From positions 7,807 to 71,806 of the IMG/VR virus record IMGVR_UViG_3300025617_000977: a DNA stretch of 64,000 bases; one strand, 5' to 3'. Position numbers and translations under genes: made by a program. The notes beneath the pieces are model-generated. The model was given only the letters and a program-made list of their open reading frames with translations. It searched no databases and had not been told where the DNA came from. Positions within the stretch are counted from its first letter, which is position 1; each line of letters opens with the position of its first letter. Positions 1-8,816 of this stretch are shown here, piece after piece. Source of the stretch: a virus.

Positions 1-2
1 TG

Positions 3-182
3 AAGCCACCAGCAACTAAAACAGACACAATGAGCCAAAAGAAAGTTCGTGAAGTATCAGATGCTGTTGTAAGTGTATGGGATGTAAATGCCAAGGGATG
101 GCGTAGTTTCCGTTACGAAAGAGTAAATATTGTTAATGTTGTAGACGAATATAAAACCGAATGGTACGGAGGATCCGAATAA
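3..182 (+). CDS. 3' part of WYL-like/SH3 beta-barrel (DUF2693-type) phage protein, 5' truncated
   Basis: Manual translation of frame 3 gives ...VVSVWDVNAKGWRSFRYERV..., ending TAA at 180-182. Confidence 0.7.
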   Translation, partial: KPPATKTDTMSQKKVREVSDAVVSVWDVNAKGWRSFRYERVNIVNVVDEYKTEWYGGSE

Positions 183-652
183 TGAAATTTAAAGAAATGT
201 ATTTCCACGCTGTTGTTATTGCAGTATGCGGAAGTTTTTTAACAAGTGTAGCACAAGCAGAAACAACTAATGCAAATATCCAAGATCATTACAAGACTGT
301 GATCGAACAACAACCATACCGTGTTGAAGTATGCAAGGATGTACAAACTCCTGTTTACGGTAATGTAGGCAGTGGTGCAAGCGCAGGCGATGTACTAGGT
401 GGTATGATCATTGGTGGACTTATTGGTAAGGGTGTTACCAATAAAGATAATGGTGCGGCCGCTGGCGCAGTTATTGGTGGTATGATTGCCGCTGATAAAA
501 ATCAAAATAAACAGGGTATTACTGGCTATCGCACAGAGCGCCAATGTAGCGTAGAAACACGTTACGAAGAAACCCAGCGTGAAGTTTATAGTCATAGCAC
601 AGTTACATTCTATGCTGATGGCAGTAAGCGAACACTAAAATTTAATAGGTAA
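182..652 (+). CDS. secreted/envelope protein with glycine-zipper 2TM motif
   Basis: Signal-peptide-like N-terminus ending AQA; GGMIIGGLIG...GAAAGAVIGGMIA glycine zipper; start placed at ATG 182 overlapping the upstream TAA. Confidence 0.7.
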   Translation: MKFKEMYFHAVVIAVCGSFLTSVAQAETTNANIQDHYKTVIEQQPYRVEVCKDVQTPVYGNVGSGASAGDVLGGMIIGGLIGKGVTNKDNGAAAGAVIGGMIAADKNQNKQGITGYRTERQCSVETRYEETQREVYSHSTVTFYADGSKRTLKFNR

Positions 653-656
653 AAGT

Positions 657-1214
657 ATGCATCACCAAACAGACACATTACATGAAAGTAACTATTTCCA
701 AATATTTCCTACTTTGGTAGCAATGTACGAATTAGTCGGATATCATCCTGCTGAAGAACAAAAAGTAAAAGGACTTATCGAAAAAGAGAACAATGATACA
801 AAATCATTCTTAGATGACAATCGTTTACTATTATTGAAGCAACACATGAATGATTGTCTTAAAGCATACTCAAACGAGTACGGTGCTCAATATTATGAAA
901 TCAAAGAATCGTGGTACAAAAAGATTCCGAACGGACAAGGACTAGCACCAACAACATATCCAAATGAACTGTTTATTGGTTATTACTTTCCACATGCACA
1001 TGAACAGGGAAATCATTTACTGTTAGATACTCCGTTTGAATCGACAGTCCATGTTCCAAAAGAAAATAGTGTTAGTATCTATACAGCAAAGAACGAAAAG
1101 ATATTACTCGACGCTGGTCGACTAGTTATTGTCCCTGCATCCATTAATCAACAATTAACAACAAATACAATGGATGATATGGATGTGATTATGTTTAATG
1201 TCCAATCTTGCTAA
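657..1214 (+). CDS. degenerate 2OG-Fe(II) oxygenase-like protein (TIGR02466-like fold)
   Basis: FPT N-terminus, SWY, GYYFP, LVIVP and terminal FN align with 13744..14385, but the metal-binding His residues are missing. Confidence 0.6.
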   Translation: MHHQTDTLHESNYFQIFPTLVAMYELVGYHPAEEQKVKGLIEKENNDTKSFLDDNRLLLLKQHMNDCLKAYSNEYGAQYYEIKESWYKKIPNGQGLAPTTYPNELFIGYYFPHAHEQGNHLLLDTPFESTVHVPKENSVSIYTAKNEKILLDAGRLVIVPASINQQLTTNTMDDMDVIMFNVQSC

Positions 1215-1241
1215 ATTGGTAAACTACATTTAAAAAAGTTG

Positions 1242-1270
1242 TTGACTTTGTTACAATTACAGTGTATAAT
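1242..1270 (+). promoter_or_regulatory. sigma70-type early promoter
   Basis: TTGACT-N17-TATAAT. Confidence 0.8.
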
Positions 1271-1331
1271 ATAAAAGATGAATAGGAATAATCTTGTTCA
1301 CGTTTTTTAGAAAACACAAAGGAGATAGTCA

Positions 1332-1604
1332 ATGACTACTAAAACTAAAACAATCCAAGAAAGAGTATTAACTGCTCTTGAGTCAGGTAAGACACTTACA
1401 GCGGCAGACATTAAAAACCGTTATGGTGCAGGTAACCCAGCGGCAGTGATCCAATCACTACGTTTTGCAGGTAACCCAATCTTTCTTAACACAAGAAAGA
1501 ACAGCAAAGGCCAAACAGTATCACGTTACGTAATGGGTACAAAGGCTACTAGAAAAGTAATTGGTGCAGGTTACAAAGCACTAGCACAAGGTTTACTAGA
1601 CTAA
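1332..1604 (+). CDS. small winged-HTH DNA-binding protein
   Basis: AGGAG SD; RVLTALESGKTLTAADI...NPAAVIQSLR winged-HTH pattern. Confidence 0.7.
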   Translation: MTTKTKTIQERVLTALESGKTLTAADIKNRYGAGNPAAVIQSLRFAGNPIFLNTRKNSKGQTVSRYVMGTKATRKVIGAGYKALAQGLLD

Positions 1605-1633
1605 TAGTAACTTGATGTTATTTTCTTTTTGAG

Positions 1634-1665
1634 AATAGGCGGCCATTGTGTCGCCTATTTTCTTT
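1634..1665 (+). terminator. Rho-independent terminator
   Basis: Stem AATAGGCGGC / GTCGCCTATT followed by a T-rich run. Confidence 0.75.
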
Positions 1666-1684
1666 AGTAACTAGTCAAAAACAC

Positions 1685-1713
1685 TTGACTTTTTACACAA
1701 GAGATACTATTAT
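1685..1713 (+). promoter_or_regulatory. sigma70-type promoter for the tRNA
   Basis: TTGACT-N17-TATTAT just upstream of the tRNA. Confidence 0.7.
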
Positions 1714-1734
1714 TAATAGTAAGATACGTATTAC

Positions 1735-1811
1735 GTGCCTATGGTGGAGTTGGATACCACATCAGTTTGCGGAACTGAAGGTCCCAGGTTCGAGTCCTGG
1801 TAGGCACGCCA
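1735..1811 (+). tRNA. tRNA-Arg, anticodon GCG, encoded CCA
   Basis: Acceptor GTGCCTA/TAGGCAC; D arm GTGG/CCAC with A20; anticodon stem TCAGT/ACTGA with loop TT-GCG-GA; T arm CCAGG-TTCGAGT-CCTGG; G73 then CCA. Confidence 0.93.
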
Positions 1812-1824
1812 AAAAGGATAAGGA

Positions 1825-2031
1825 GTGACAGTGAGTAATTATCCAAAGAAGCAAGGCGACAATAGTTGGATCGTCCAAGTGCAAGAAGACGGCACTACAA
1901 AAGAATTATATCTACAATTTCCTCAAGAAGCAATCGATCAAGTTGGGTGGGACGAAGGTGATACCTTAATCTGGGAAGAATTAGATCATGGCACATGGCA
2001 ACTAAGGAAGAAAGATGAAGATCAATCATGA
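1825..2031 (+). CDS. AbrB/MazE/SpoVT-like DNA-binding protein
   Basis: LQFPQEAIDQVGWDEGDTLIW swapped-hairpin signature; AAGGAG SD. Confidence 0.7.
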   Translation: MTVSNYPKKQGDNSWIVQVQEDGTTKELYLQFPQEAIDQVGWDEGDTLIWEELDHGTWQLRKKDEDQS

Positions 2032-2527
2032 ACCGGTGTTTGACACAGCAAAAGTAGAACAGATTTACTCAGAGAAAGATGGCGTAGAAGTAAAGTACGT
2101 TTGCACTACAGACTTGCGAGCAAGTGATGTGCCTGTGGATGTATTCTATCGTGCAACACCGCATCCTGAATTTGGTAACCGCTACTTTGGCATTTACCAC
2201 GATCACTTTCGCGGACACACAATGATTACAAACGCTGACTATGTGGAGTCACTTGAGTTCGGTATGATTGAAGTAGACGGTAAGTACTATTACAGTCAAT
2301 CACACCACGACTACAAAGTAGTAGGCGACAAGATGATTGACGGCGGACGACAGTATATTCGTAGTAGCGGCGGTGTCGTTGCTATGCGTATCAATAACGG
2401 CAAGTTCATTGCTAAGGACGTAGAAGATTTAGTTAGTATGGGCGATTTGAAGTTTACCACAGCAGGCGATTATATGAAACAGCAAGAAGAAGAATATTAC
2501 TATCCAGGGAGTGATCCACAAGTATGA
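2015..2527 (+). CDS. conserved phage hypothetical protein
   Basis: 170 aa ORF coupled to its neighbours; SHHDY...IDGGRQY motif. Confidence 0.7.
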   Translation: MKINHEPVFDTAKVEQIYSEKDGVEVKYVCTTDLRASDVPVDVFYRATPHPEFGNRYFGIYHDHFRGHTMITNADYVESLEFGMIEVDGKYYYSQSHHDYKVVGDKMIDGGRQYIRSSGGVVAMRINNGKFIAKDVEDLVSMGDLKFTTAGDYMKQQEEEYYYPGSDPQV

Positions 2528-2904
2528 AAGTTGGATTAAGTTTAAGTCGTTGTATGCGTGACATACTTGAAAAGAAAGTAGACATAGACAATGTGTTGGT
2601 AATTATTGCCCGCACAGACGTTGATCCGTATAATGAAAGCCATTGGAATGGAATTTGGAATGGCTATCTTTACGGCGGCACGAGTCATCCTGAATGGGCA
2701 GGCTTAGAAGAGCATGAACAAGAAATGCGTGATGTGCTTGTTGAACTATACGAAAAAGGCAGACTACATCAGCCACGACAGTTTGGTGCTCACCCTCGTC
2801 GTATGCCTTACTACTGGTTAGACTGCGTGGTGACTCCCGAAGAACACAATCCTGCACAACAGAAAGCGTGGGATTTTTATAAACTTATAACGGACTTAGC
2901 ATGA
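2524..2904 (+). CDS. hypothetical protein
   Basis: 126 aa ORF with ATGA overlaps at both ends. Confidence 0.7.
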   Translation: MKVGLSLSRCMRDILEKKVDIDNVLVIIARTDVDPYNESHWNGIWNGYLYGGTSHPEWAGLEEHEQEMRDVLVELYEKGRLHQPRQFGAHPRRMPYYWLDCVVTPEEHNPAQQKAWDFYKLITDLA

Positions 2905-3113
2905 CATTACCAATTGAAAGAACAAATGCAGTACTAAATGTAGAACGATTCCTAATGGACTTGCGAGATCCTAAAAAGTATCCACGGGTACCGAGTGAAG
3001 TTCGCAAGCAAGCAAGTAGCCTACTCAAGCACTATCCACGTAAGTTTGATATGATGGAGCCGGCGGAAAGTTTTGAACCTATTACAGAATGGTCATATGA
3101 AAAGGAAGAATAA
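2901..3113 (+). CDS. BPSL0761-like small phage protein
   Basis: MTLPxERTNAV...PRVP..VR..A..LLKHYP pattern. Confidence 0.65.
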   Translation: MTLPIERTNAVLNVERFLMDLRDPKKYPRVPSEVRKQASSLLKHYPRKFDMMEPAESFEPITEWSYEKEE

Positions 3114-4252
3114 TGGATCAACGAATTAATAATATTCTTGCAAAAGAAACAGACAGACAGCATCAAACTATAGAACTTATCGCAAGTGAGAATTTTGCAA
3201 GTGAAGCAGTGATGCAACTTGCAGGCAGTGTGTTTACTAACAAGTATGCTGAAGGCTATCCGGGCAAGCGTTACTACAACGGTTGCGAACACATGGACGA
3301 GATTGAAACACTTGCTATTGAACAGTTAAAAGAACTGTACGGCTGTGAGTTTGCTAATGTTCAACCACACTGTGGTGCTAATGCCAACACAGCAATCTAT
3401 CTTGCATTTCTCAAACCAGGTGACAAGATCCTAGGTATGGACTTAGCAAGTGGTGGTCACTTGTCACACGGTGCACCAGTTAATATCTCTGGTAAGATTT
3501 ACGAAGCGCATTCATATGGTGTAGATGAAGCAGGCTGGCTTGATTACGATGCAATATATAAACAAGCAGAAGAAGTACAACCTCGTATAATCGTTGCAGG
3601 TGCAAGTGCTTATCCACGTGAGATTGATTGGGAGAAGTTCCGTGCTATTGCTGACAATGTAGGTGCATTATTGTTAGTTGATATGGCACACTATTCAGGA
3701 CTTATTGCAGGCGGTGTGTATCCGTCACCTGTACCTTACGCAGACTTTGTTACTTCAACTACACACAAAACACTACGTGGTCCTAGAGGTGGTATTATCC
3801 TATGGAACGATGAAGCATTTACAAAGAAGATTAACAGTGCAATCTTCCCAGGTACACAAGGCGGTCCGTTGATGAACATTGTTGCCGCTAAAGCACAAGC
3901 GTTCGTAGAAGCAAATACAAGCAATTTTAAGCAGTACAGTGCAGACGTTGTACGCAACGCTAAGGCTATGTGTGATGTGCTTAGACAGCGCGATATGACG
4001 GTGCAAACCGGCGGTACTGACTCGCACATTATTCTTGTGGATCTAAGCGACAGCAAGTACAGTGGGCGTGAAGCCGCAGACTTGTTGGAAGAAAATGGCA
4101 TCACTGTAAACAAAAACGGTATTCCAAATGATCCACGTAACTTTGTAGAAACAAGTGGCATCCGTATTGGCACTGCCGCAGAAACTACACGCGGTCATGA
4201 CGAAATGTGGTTCCGCAAACTAGCACATAAGATTGCAGATATTTTGGAGTAA
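3113..4252 (+). CDS. glyA: serine hydroxymethyltransferase
   Basis: LIASENF, NKYAEGYPGKRYY, GGHLSHG, PLP-lysine motif TTHKTLRGPRGG, SGIRIGT. Confidence 0.97.
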   Translation: MDQRINNILAKETDRQHQTIELIASENFASEAVMQLAGSVFTNKYAEGYPGKRYYNGCEHMDEIETLAIEQLKELYGCEFANVQPHCGANANTAIYLAFLKPGDKILGMDLASGGHLSHGAPVNISGKIYEAHSYGVDEAGWLDYDAIYKQAEEVQPRIIVAGASAYPREIDWEKFRAIADNVGALLLVDMAHYSGLIAGGVYPSPVPYADFVTSTTHKTLRGPRGGIILWNDEAFTKKINSAIFPGTQGGPLMNIVAAKAQAFVEANTSNFKQYSADVVRNAKAMCDVLRQRDMTVQTGGTDSHIILVDLSDSKYSGREAADLLEENGITVNKNGIPNDPRNFVETSGIRIGTAAETTRGHDEMWFRKLAHKIADILE

Positions 4253-4255
4253 GCA

Positions 4256-4441
4256 ATGTATGCAGTAATGGTTTGTCTTGACGGCAAAGACGATTGGATT
4301 TATATTACTAAACAAACAGAGCATTGTTGGGACTTGCAACCTGAACTGTTTGAAGATGCACACGAAGCGATGGAGTTTGCGAAAACATTCCAACTTCCTG
4401 ACAAACCAGAGAATGTAATGGTGGTAGATTACAATGAGTGA
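4256..4441 (+). CDS. hypothetical protein
   Basis: 61 aa ORF in operon context. Confidence 0.6.
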   Translation: MYAVMVCLDGKDDWIYITKQTEHCWDLQPELFEDAHEAMEFAKTFQLPDKPENVMVVDYNE

Positions 4442-4895
4442 CGATCGAGAAAAAGCATTACAAGCACTTAGTGACTTAGGTCAAGAGATGGAAAAGTCTC
4501 GTAAGCAGTATGAAGAAGAAAACGATGCGTGGTGGGAAGGCCTCACTGAAACAGAGCGCGAAGATGCTTTCTTTGCAGTTGTGAAGCGTATACACCGTGC
4601 AGACTTGCAAGACGGCGGAACCTATCGATATGCATTGTACAACGTGTTTGGTTTTGATCCGGGCATGTACATGAAAGGTATGGACTGTGGTTATATGGCT
4701 ATACACAATGCCATTGGCGACGGCGAAGACTATCAAGCAATGCGTGGCGTTAATCGTCTTGAAGTAATCGACGATACTGGACGAGCATATGTAAAATATC
4801 TTGACAAAGATGAAGGAATCAAATATAGTTTACAAGATGACAATCGTACACTAAAAGTGTTTATTGATAAGTTGCGTTGGAAAGAAGACCTATGA
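4434..4895 (+). CDS. hypothetical protein
   Basis: 153 aa ORF; C-terminal RLEVID..GRAYV...SLQDDNRTLKVFI module. Confidence 0.7.
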   Translation: MSDDREKALQALSDLGQEMEKSRKQYEEENDAWWEGLTETEREDAFFAVVKRIHRADLQDGGTYRYALYNVFGFDPGMYMKGMDCGYMAIHNAIGDGEDYQAMRGVNRLEVIDDTGRAYVKYLDKDEGIKYSLQDDNRTLKVFIDKLRWKEDL

Positions 4896-5059
4896 CGAGC
4901 AAATATAAAGTTGCACAAGTCAAGTTTAATGGCGGTCGTGGGGCTTTGCTCTGTGACGGGTGTAGTGTTATAATAGCATATGGCACCGAGCATGAGGATA
5001 GGAAACACTACTGTCCTATGTGCATGAGCGGTAAGTGTACGACGAGGAATAAAAAATGA
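4892..5059 (+). CDS. small Cys-rich (zinc-ribbon-like) protein
   Basis: KFNGGRGALLCDGC...CPMC; ATGA overlap at 4892. Confidence 0.6.
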   Translation: MTSKYKVAQVKFNGGRGALLCDGCSVIIAYGTEHEDRKHYCPMCMSGKCTTRNKK

Positions 5060-5682
5060 AAGTCAAGATATCTAATTATCCAAACAGACTAACGTGTCGT
5101 ATCCATACACGTTATATGGACAAGAAGTACGGCTACGTAGACTGGCCTACTGAATACAATCGTACTGAGCGTGTGTTAGAACAGTTCGAAGACGCTGTAC
5201 AAAGCGTCTACAACGTGTTTAACTGGGCGTGGTTTGACAGACGTACACAGAAAGTTAAGGTGCGTATAGACCGTTGGGACACTTGGAGTATGGATCATAC
5301 TCTTGCTCCTATCATCTTGCCTATGCTAGTGCAGTTAAGAGCAAGCAAACACGGCGCTCCAATGGTAGACATGAAAGATGTTCCAAAAGAACTACGTGCT
5401 ACTAAAAAACAACTAGACGCATACGGCAAGAACGGTGATGTTGATCCAAAGCACTTTGATCGGTGGGACTGGATCATGGACGAAATGATTTGGGCGTTCG
5501 AACAAAAGAATCGTGATGATTGGGAAGATGATTACTATGGACCATACATTGAAAGCGAAGATAAAAGAGAATTATTTGGTCGGTTTGAATGGACAGACGA
5601 CGAAGGTAGACAGAAACATCAAGAAAGAATGAGCAACGGTTTTAGGCTCTTCGGAAAATATTTTGAAAATCTCTGGGATTAG
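5056..5682 (+). CDS. conserved T4-like phage hypothetical protein
   Basis: DTWSMDHTLAPIILPML...GFRLFGKYFENLWD. Confidence 0.75.
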   Translation: MKVKISNYPNRLTCRIHTRYMDKKYGYVDWPTEYNRTERVLEQFEDAVQSVYNVFNWAWFDRRTQKVKVRIDRWDTWSMDHTLAPIILPMLVQLRASKHGAPMVDMKDVPKELRATKKQLDAYGKNGDVDPKHFDRWDWIMDEMIWAFEQKNRDDWEDDYYGPYIESEDKRELFGRFEWTDDEGRQKHQERMSNGFRLFGKYFENLWD

Positions 5683-5686
5683 ATTA

Positions 5687-5854
5687 ATGTGGGAAATATG
5701 GTGCAAGGCAATTGGGCAAAAAGCCTATGACGACGATCGTAAAGCAGACAACGTAGCGATATTGCGCACTCTGTGGGTGATATTACATATCGCCACTTGC
5801 TTGGCTATTATATTAAATGCAATAGCAAATCATGGTTGGGGGTTATTTTGGTAA
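5687..5854 (+). CDS. small membrane protein
   Basis: MWEIWCKAIGQKA...ADNVAILRT followed by one TM segment. Confidence 0.6.
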   Translation: MWEIWCKAIGQKAYDDDRKADNVAILRTLWVILHIATCLAIILNAIANHGWGLFW

Positions 5855-5862
5855 AAAAGAAC

Positions 5863-5891
5863 TTGACAAATGGTCCTGATTCTATTATAAT
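5863..5891 (+). promoter_or_regulatory. consensus sigma70 promoter
   Basis: TTGACA-N17-TATAAT upstream of the ligase. Confidence 0.85.
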
Positions 5892-5922
5892 ATAAAAATA
5901 ATAAGGCAATAGAGAGGCACAC

Positions 5923-7230
5923 ATGAGAACGCAACCAGACGCAATTATTAGGCAACTTGAAATTCACCCTAGTCGCTTAAACAAAGAAGCAATTATTCAA
6001 GCGGCACACGAAGAAGGTGTTCCAGAGTTCTTTGAAGGATTGCGCATGGCACTTGATGCTCTTGTAACATTTGGTGTGAAGCAAGTACCCGAGCGTTCAG
6101 ATGTGCTAACAGGACAAGGACTTAGTTGGGATAACTTCAAAGTCCTTGCTAATCAACTTATTAACCGTGAACTAACAGGACATGCGGCTCGCGATGCAAT
6201 TGAACTTGCAATGGGCGTTGCTACTACAGAACAGTGGAATGATTGGTACCGTCGTATCCTTATCAAGGACCTACGCTGTGGTGTAAGTGAAAAGACTGTA
6301 AACAAAGTAGTGCCAGGTACAGTGCCTGTGTTTACTTGCGCTCTTGCACATGACAGTCTCAAGCACGAAAAGAAAATGACAGGTAAGAAACAAATTGAAG
6401 TTAAACTTGACGGTGTTCGTGTACTAGCAGTATGCAAAGGCGGTAAAGTAGAATTGTTTAGTCGTAACGGAAAACAGTTTCATAACTTCCCACACATTAT
6501 TGCAGAGATCGAAACAGTGTTAGAACGTAAGCCTAGTCCATATGACTGTGTACTAGACGGTGAAGTAATGAGCAAAGACTTCCAAGACCTTATGAAGCAA
6601 GTACATCGTAAAGATGGTAAAGCCGCAACCGACTCAGTGCTACACTTGTTTGACTTTATTCCGTTGAAAGACTTTTTACAAGGCAGTTGGGATAAACCAC
6701 AAACATATCGTAGTAACTTAGTTAAGTATTGGGTAAAGGAAAATCAAGACCTCTTAGAGCACGTACAAGCGTGTGAGTGGGAAGATGTTGACTTGGACAC
6801 CCAAGAAGGCCAAGAACGCTTTGTAGCGTTAAATAAAGCGGCTGTAGACGGTGGTTACGAAGGAGTTATGATCAAGGACGTTGATGCTCCTTATGAGTGC
6901 AAACGAACACATGCCTGGCTTAAAGCAAAACCATTTATTGAAGTGACATTGGAGGTGAAGGATGTCGAAGAAGGAACAGGACGAAACGAAGGACGACTTG
7001 GTGCATTGGTATGCGCAGGAGAAGACGATGGAAGAATGGTCCAAGTCAATTGCGGGAGCGGGTTTAGTGACAGCGATCGCGATAGTTTTTGGAATAGTCG
7101 TAGCAGTCTTATTGGGCAACTTGTAGAGGTTAGAGCAGATGCTATTACACAAAATCAAGACGGTACTTATTCGCTTAGGTTTCCAAGGTTCAAAACGTTC
7201 CGAGGATTTGAAGTCGGTGAGAAAATCTAA
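5923..7230 (+). CDS. ATP-dependent DNA ligase
   Basis: Adenylation motif KLDGVR, LDGEV, YEGVMIK, WLKAK, C-terminal SLRFPRF. Confidence 0.95.
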   Translation: MRTQPDAIIRQLEIHPSRLNKEAIIQAAHEEGVPEFFEGLRMALDALVTFGVKQVPERSDVLTGQGLSWDNFKVLANQLINRELTGHAARDAIELAMGVATTEQWNDWYRRILIKDLRCGVSEKTVNKVVPGTVPVFTCALAHDSLKHEKKMTGKKQIEVKLDGVRVLAVCKGGKVELFSRNGKQFHNFPHIIAEIETVLERKPSPYDCVLDGEVMSKDFQDLMKQVHRKDGKAATDSVLHLFDFIPLKDFLQGSWDKPQTYRSNLVKYWVKENQDLLEHVQACEWEDVDLDTQEGQERFVALNKAAVDGGYEGVMIKDVDAPYECKRTHAWLKAKPFIEVTLEVKDVEEGTGRNEGRLGALVCAGEDDGRMVQVNCGSGFSDSDRDSFWNSRSSLIGQLVEVRADAITQNQDGTYSLRFPRFKTFRGFEVGEKI

Positions 7231-7264
7231 TGTGGTACGTTGGGATTTAACCAAAGAAGGTTGA

Positions 7265-7468
7265 TTGATGTTAGAAAATATTGTAATTACTACAACACCA
7301 AATGCAAGTAAGTTTCGACTGTTCTGCACAGAGAAGTGGTACGAACACAAGGACGAGATTCTTGCTTGGACTGGAAAGGCACTGATCGAATATGACAGTA
7401 CCTATTATTTTAGAAAACACCGTTGGCTTCTAAAGAAGATGTTTAAGGAACAACAAAACCATTTTTAG
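7265..7468 (+). CDS. hypothetical protein
   Basis: 67 aa ORF filling the intergenic space. Confidence 0.6.
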   Translation: MMLENIVITTTPNASKFRLFCTEKWYEHKDEILAWTGKALIEYDSTYYFRKHRWLLKKMFKEQQNHF

Positions 7469-7496
7469 TTGACTTTTGTAAAAAGTCATATATAAT
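7469..7496 (+). promoter_or_regulatory. sigma70-like promoter overlapped by an inverted repeat
   Basis: TTGACT-N16-TATAAT; palindrome TGACTTTT-GTA-AAAAGTCA at 7470-7488. Confidence 0.6.
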
Positions 7497-7515
7497 ATAA
7501 AAAACATCAGGAGAA

Positions 7516-8808
7516 TTGACAATGGCCATTGCCACCAGCAAAAAGAAAAAACCAATAGTAAAACGCCAGAAGAGTTTAGGCGGCGAGCCTAAGTGGGATG
7601 ACTGGGAAAAAATGACTCCGCTGGAGTATTCCAGGCACATTCACACTTGTTCAGATTATTATCGGTTAGAAAAGAAGCCTGCTGATTTTAAAAAGTATGT
7701 AATTGAATACTGTAAAAAATCAGACACGTGGACAGATTACGTTACTAAGTTTGAAAAAATTCCGGACAATCGATTTAATTGTACTATTGGCGGACTTTGC
7801 AAACAATTCTTACTTGGCCGTCCTAATATTCACAAAGGGTACAACAAGTACTGGGAAGAACTTCCGGGAACAGCGGGTACGCCTAGGCCACTTATCGATA
7901 CCATTGATAAGTTTATTGAAGATCTCAAGTATAAAGCAGACGCCTTAGTTGATGCTGAACAAGAAAAGAAAAAAGAAGAAGCAGTTAAAGGTGAAGTATA
8001 CAAGCCGACTATTCAAGAACGTATTTTTGAACAATGTGTGCATATGGACGAAAAGGTTGGTGTTTGGTTAGACAGTTGGTTTGATGATAGTTTATCATTT
8101 AATCCTAAAGGATTTGACTTTAAAAAGCATTTTTACGAAGTGCAAATTACACAAGCACATGCTCGCAAACTAAAAAGTTTTTATGAAGGTGAAGTTGCAG
8201 AACTGGAAGAAGTTATTACGCCTCCTAAACTTCCAAAGAACGCTACTGAGTTAGAAAAAGATTATGCACAACAACTTAAAGATGGATATAGCATCTATAA
8301 GAAAAATGATGTCAAAAAGAAATTACAAGCACTTTCTCTTTACATGGGTGCATTAGATGTTATTATTGATACAGCAAAAGCAAAACGTAAGCCACGTAAA
8401 GTAGTACCAAAGAGTAAAGAGAAGTTAATTGCTAAGTTGAAGTTTGCAGTTAACGATGATAAGTTCCAACTAGCAAGTGTTAACCCAACTGAAATTATAG
8501 GGTGTAACGAACTTTGGGTGTTTAATATTAAAACACGTAAACTAGGAAAATATGTTGCTAGTGTAATCGATCCTCTAGGTACAGAAAGACCTGGCTCTGG
8601 ATTAAGTGTCAAAGGAACGACTATTATTGGGTTTAATGAAGAACAAAGTATTCAAAAAACATTACGTAAACCAGAAGAGAAACTTGCAGAATTTAAATCT
8701 TGTGGTAAGCGTAAATTAGAAAAGTTTCTTGACACTATCAACGCTGTAGACATTAAACTTAATGGTCGACTTAATGCCGATACTATACTTCTTAAGGTAG
8801 TTAGATAA
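7516..8808 (+). CDS. conserved T4-like phage protein of unknown function
   Basis: 430 aa; C-terminal LWVFNIKTRKLGKY...SVKGTTI...KTLRKPEE...LNGRLNADTILL; AGGAG SD. Confidence 0.8.
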   Translation: MTMAIATSKKKKPIVKRQKSLGGEPKWDDWEKMTPLEYSRHIHTCSDYYRLEKKPADFKKYVIEYCKKSDTWTDYVTKFEKIPDNRFNCTIGGLCKQFLLGRPNIHKGYNKYWEELPGTAGTPRPLIDTIDKFIEDLKYKADALVDAEQEKKKEEAVKGEVYKPTIQERIFEQCVHMDEKVGVWLDSWFDDSLSFNPKGFDFKKHFYEVQITQAHARKLKSFYEGEVAELEEVITPPKLPKNATELEKDYAQQLKDGYSIYKKNDVKKKLQALSLYMGALDVIIDTAKAKRKPRKVVPKSKEKLIAKLKFAVNDDKFQLASVNPTEIIGCNELWVFNIKTRKLGKYVASVIDPLGTERPGSGLSVKGTTIIGFNEEQSIQKTLRKPEEKLAEFKSCGKRKLEKFLDTINAVDIKLNGRLNADTILLKVVR

Positions 8809-8816
8809 ATAGTTGT
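8806..8816 (+). promoter_or_regulatory. late-type promoter TAAATA-N5-ATG (leaderless)
   Basis: GATAAATAGTTGT immediately before ATG 8817; no SD. Confidence 0.65.

Noticed and set aside
1646-1828. 60 aa ORF in the ORF track
   Set aside because: It overlaps a terminator, a promoter and the tRNA-Arg gene, so it is spurious.
1825-2527. AbrB/MazE-like gene plus downstream ORF as a toxin-antitoxin pair
   Set aside because: The downstream protein shows no PIN, MazF or RelE motifs, and solo AbrB-like genes are common in large phages.
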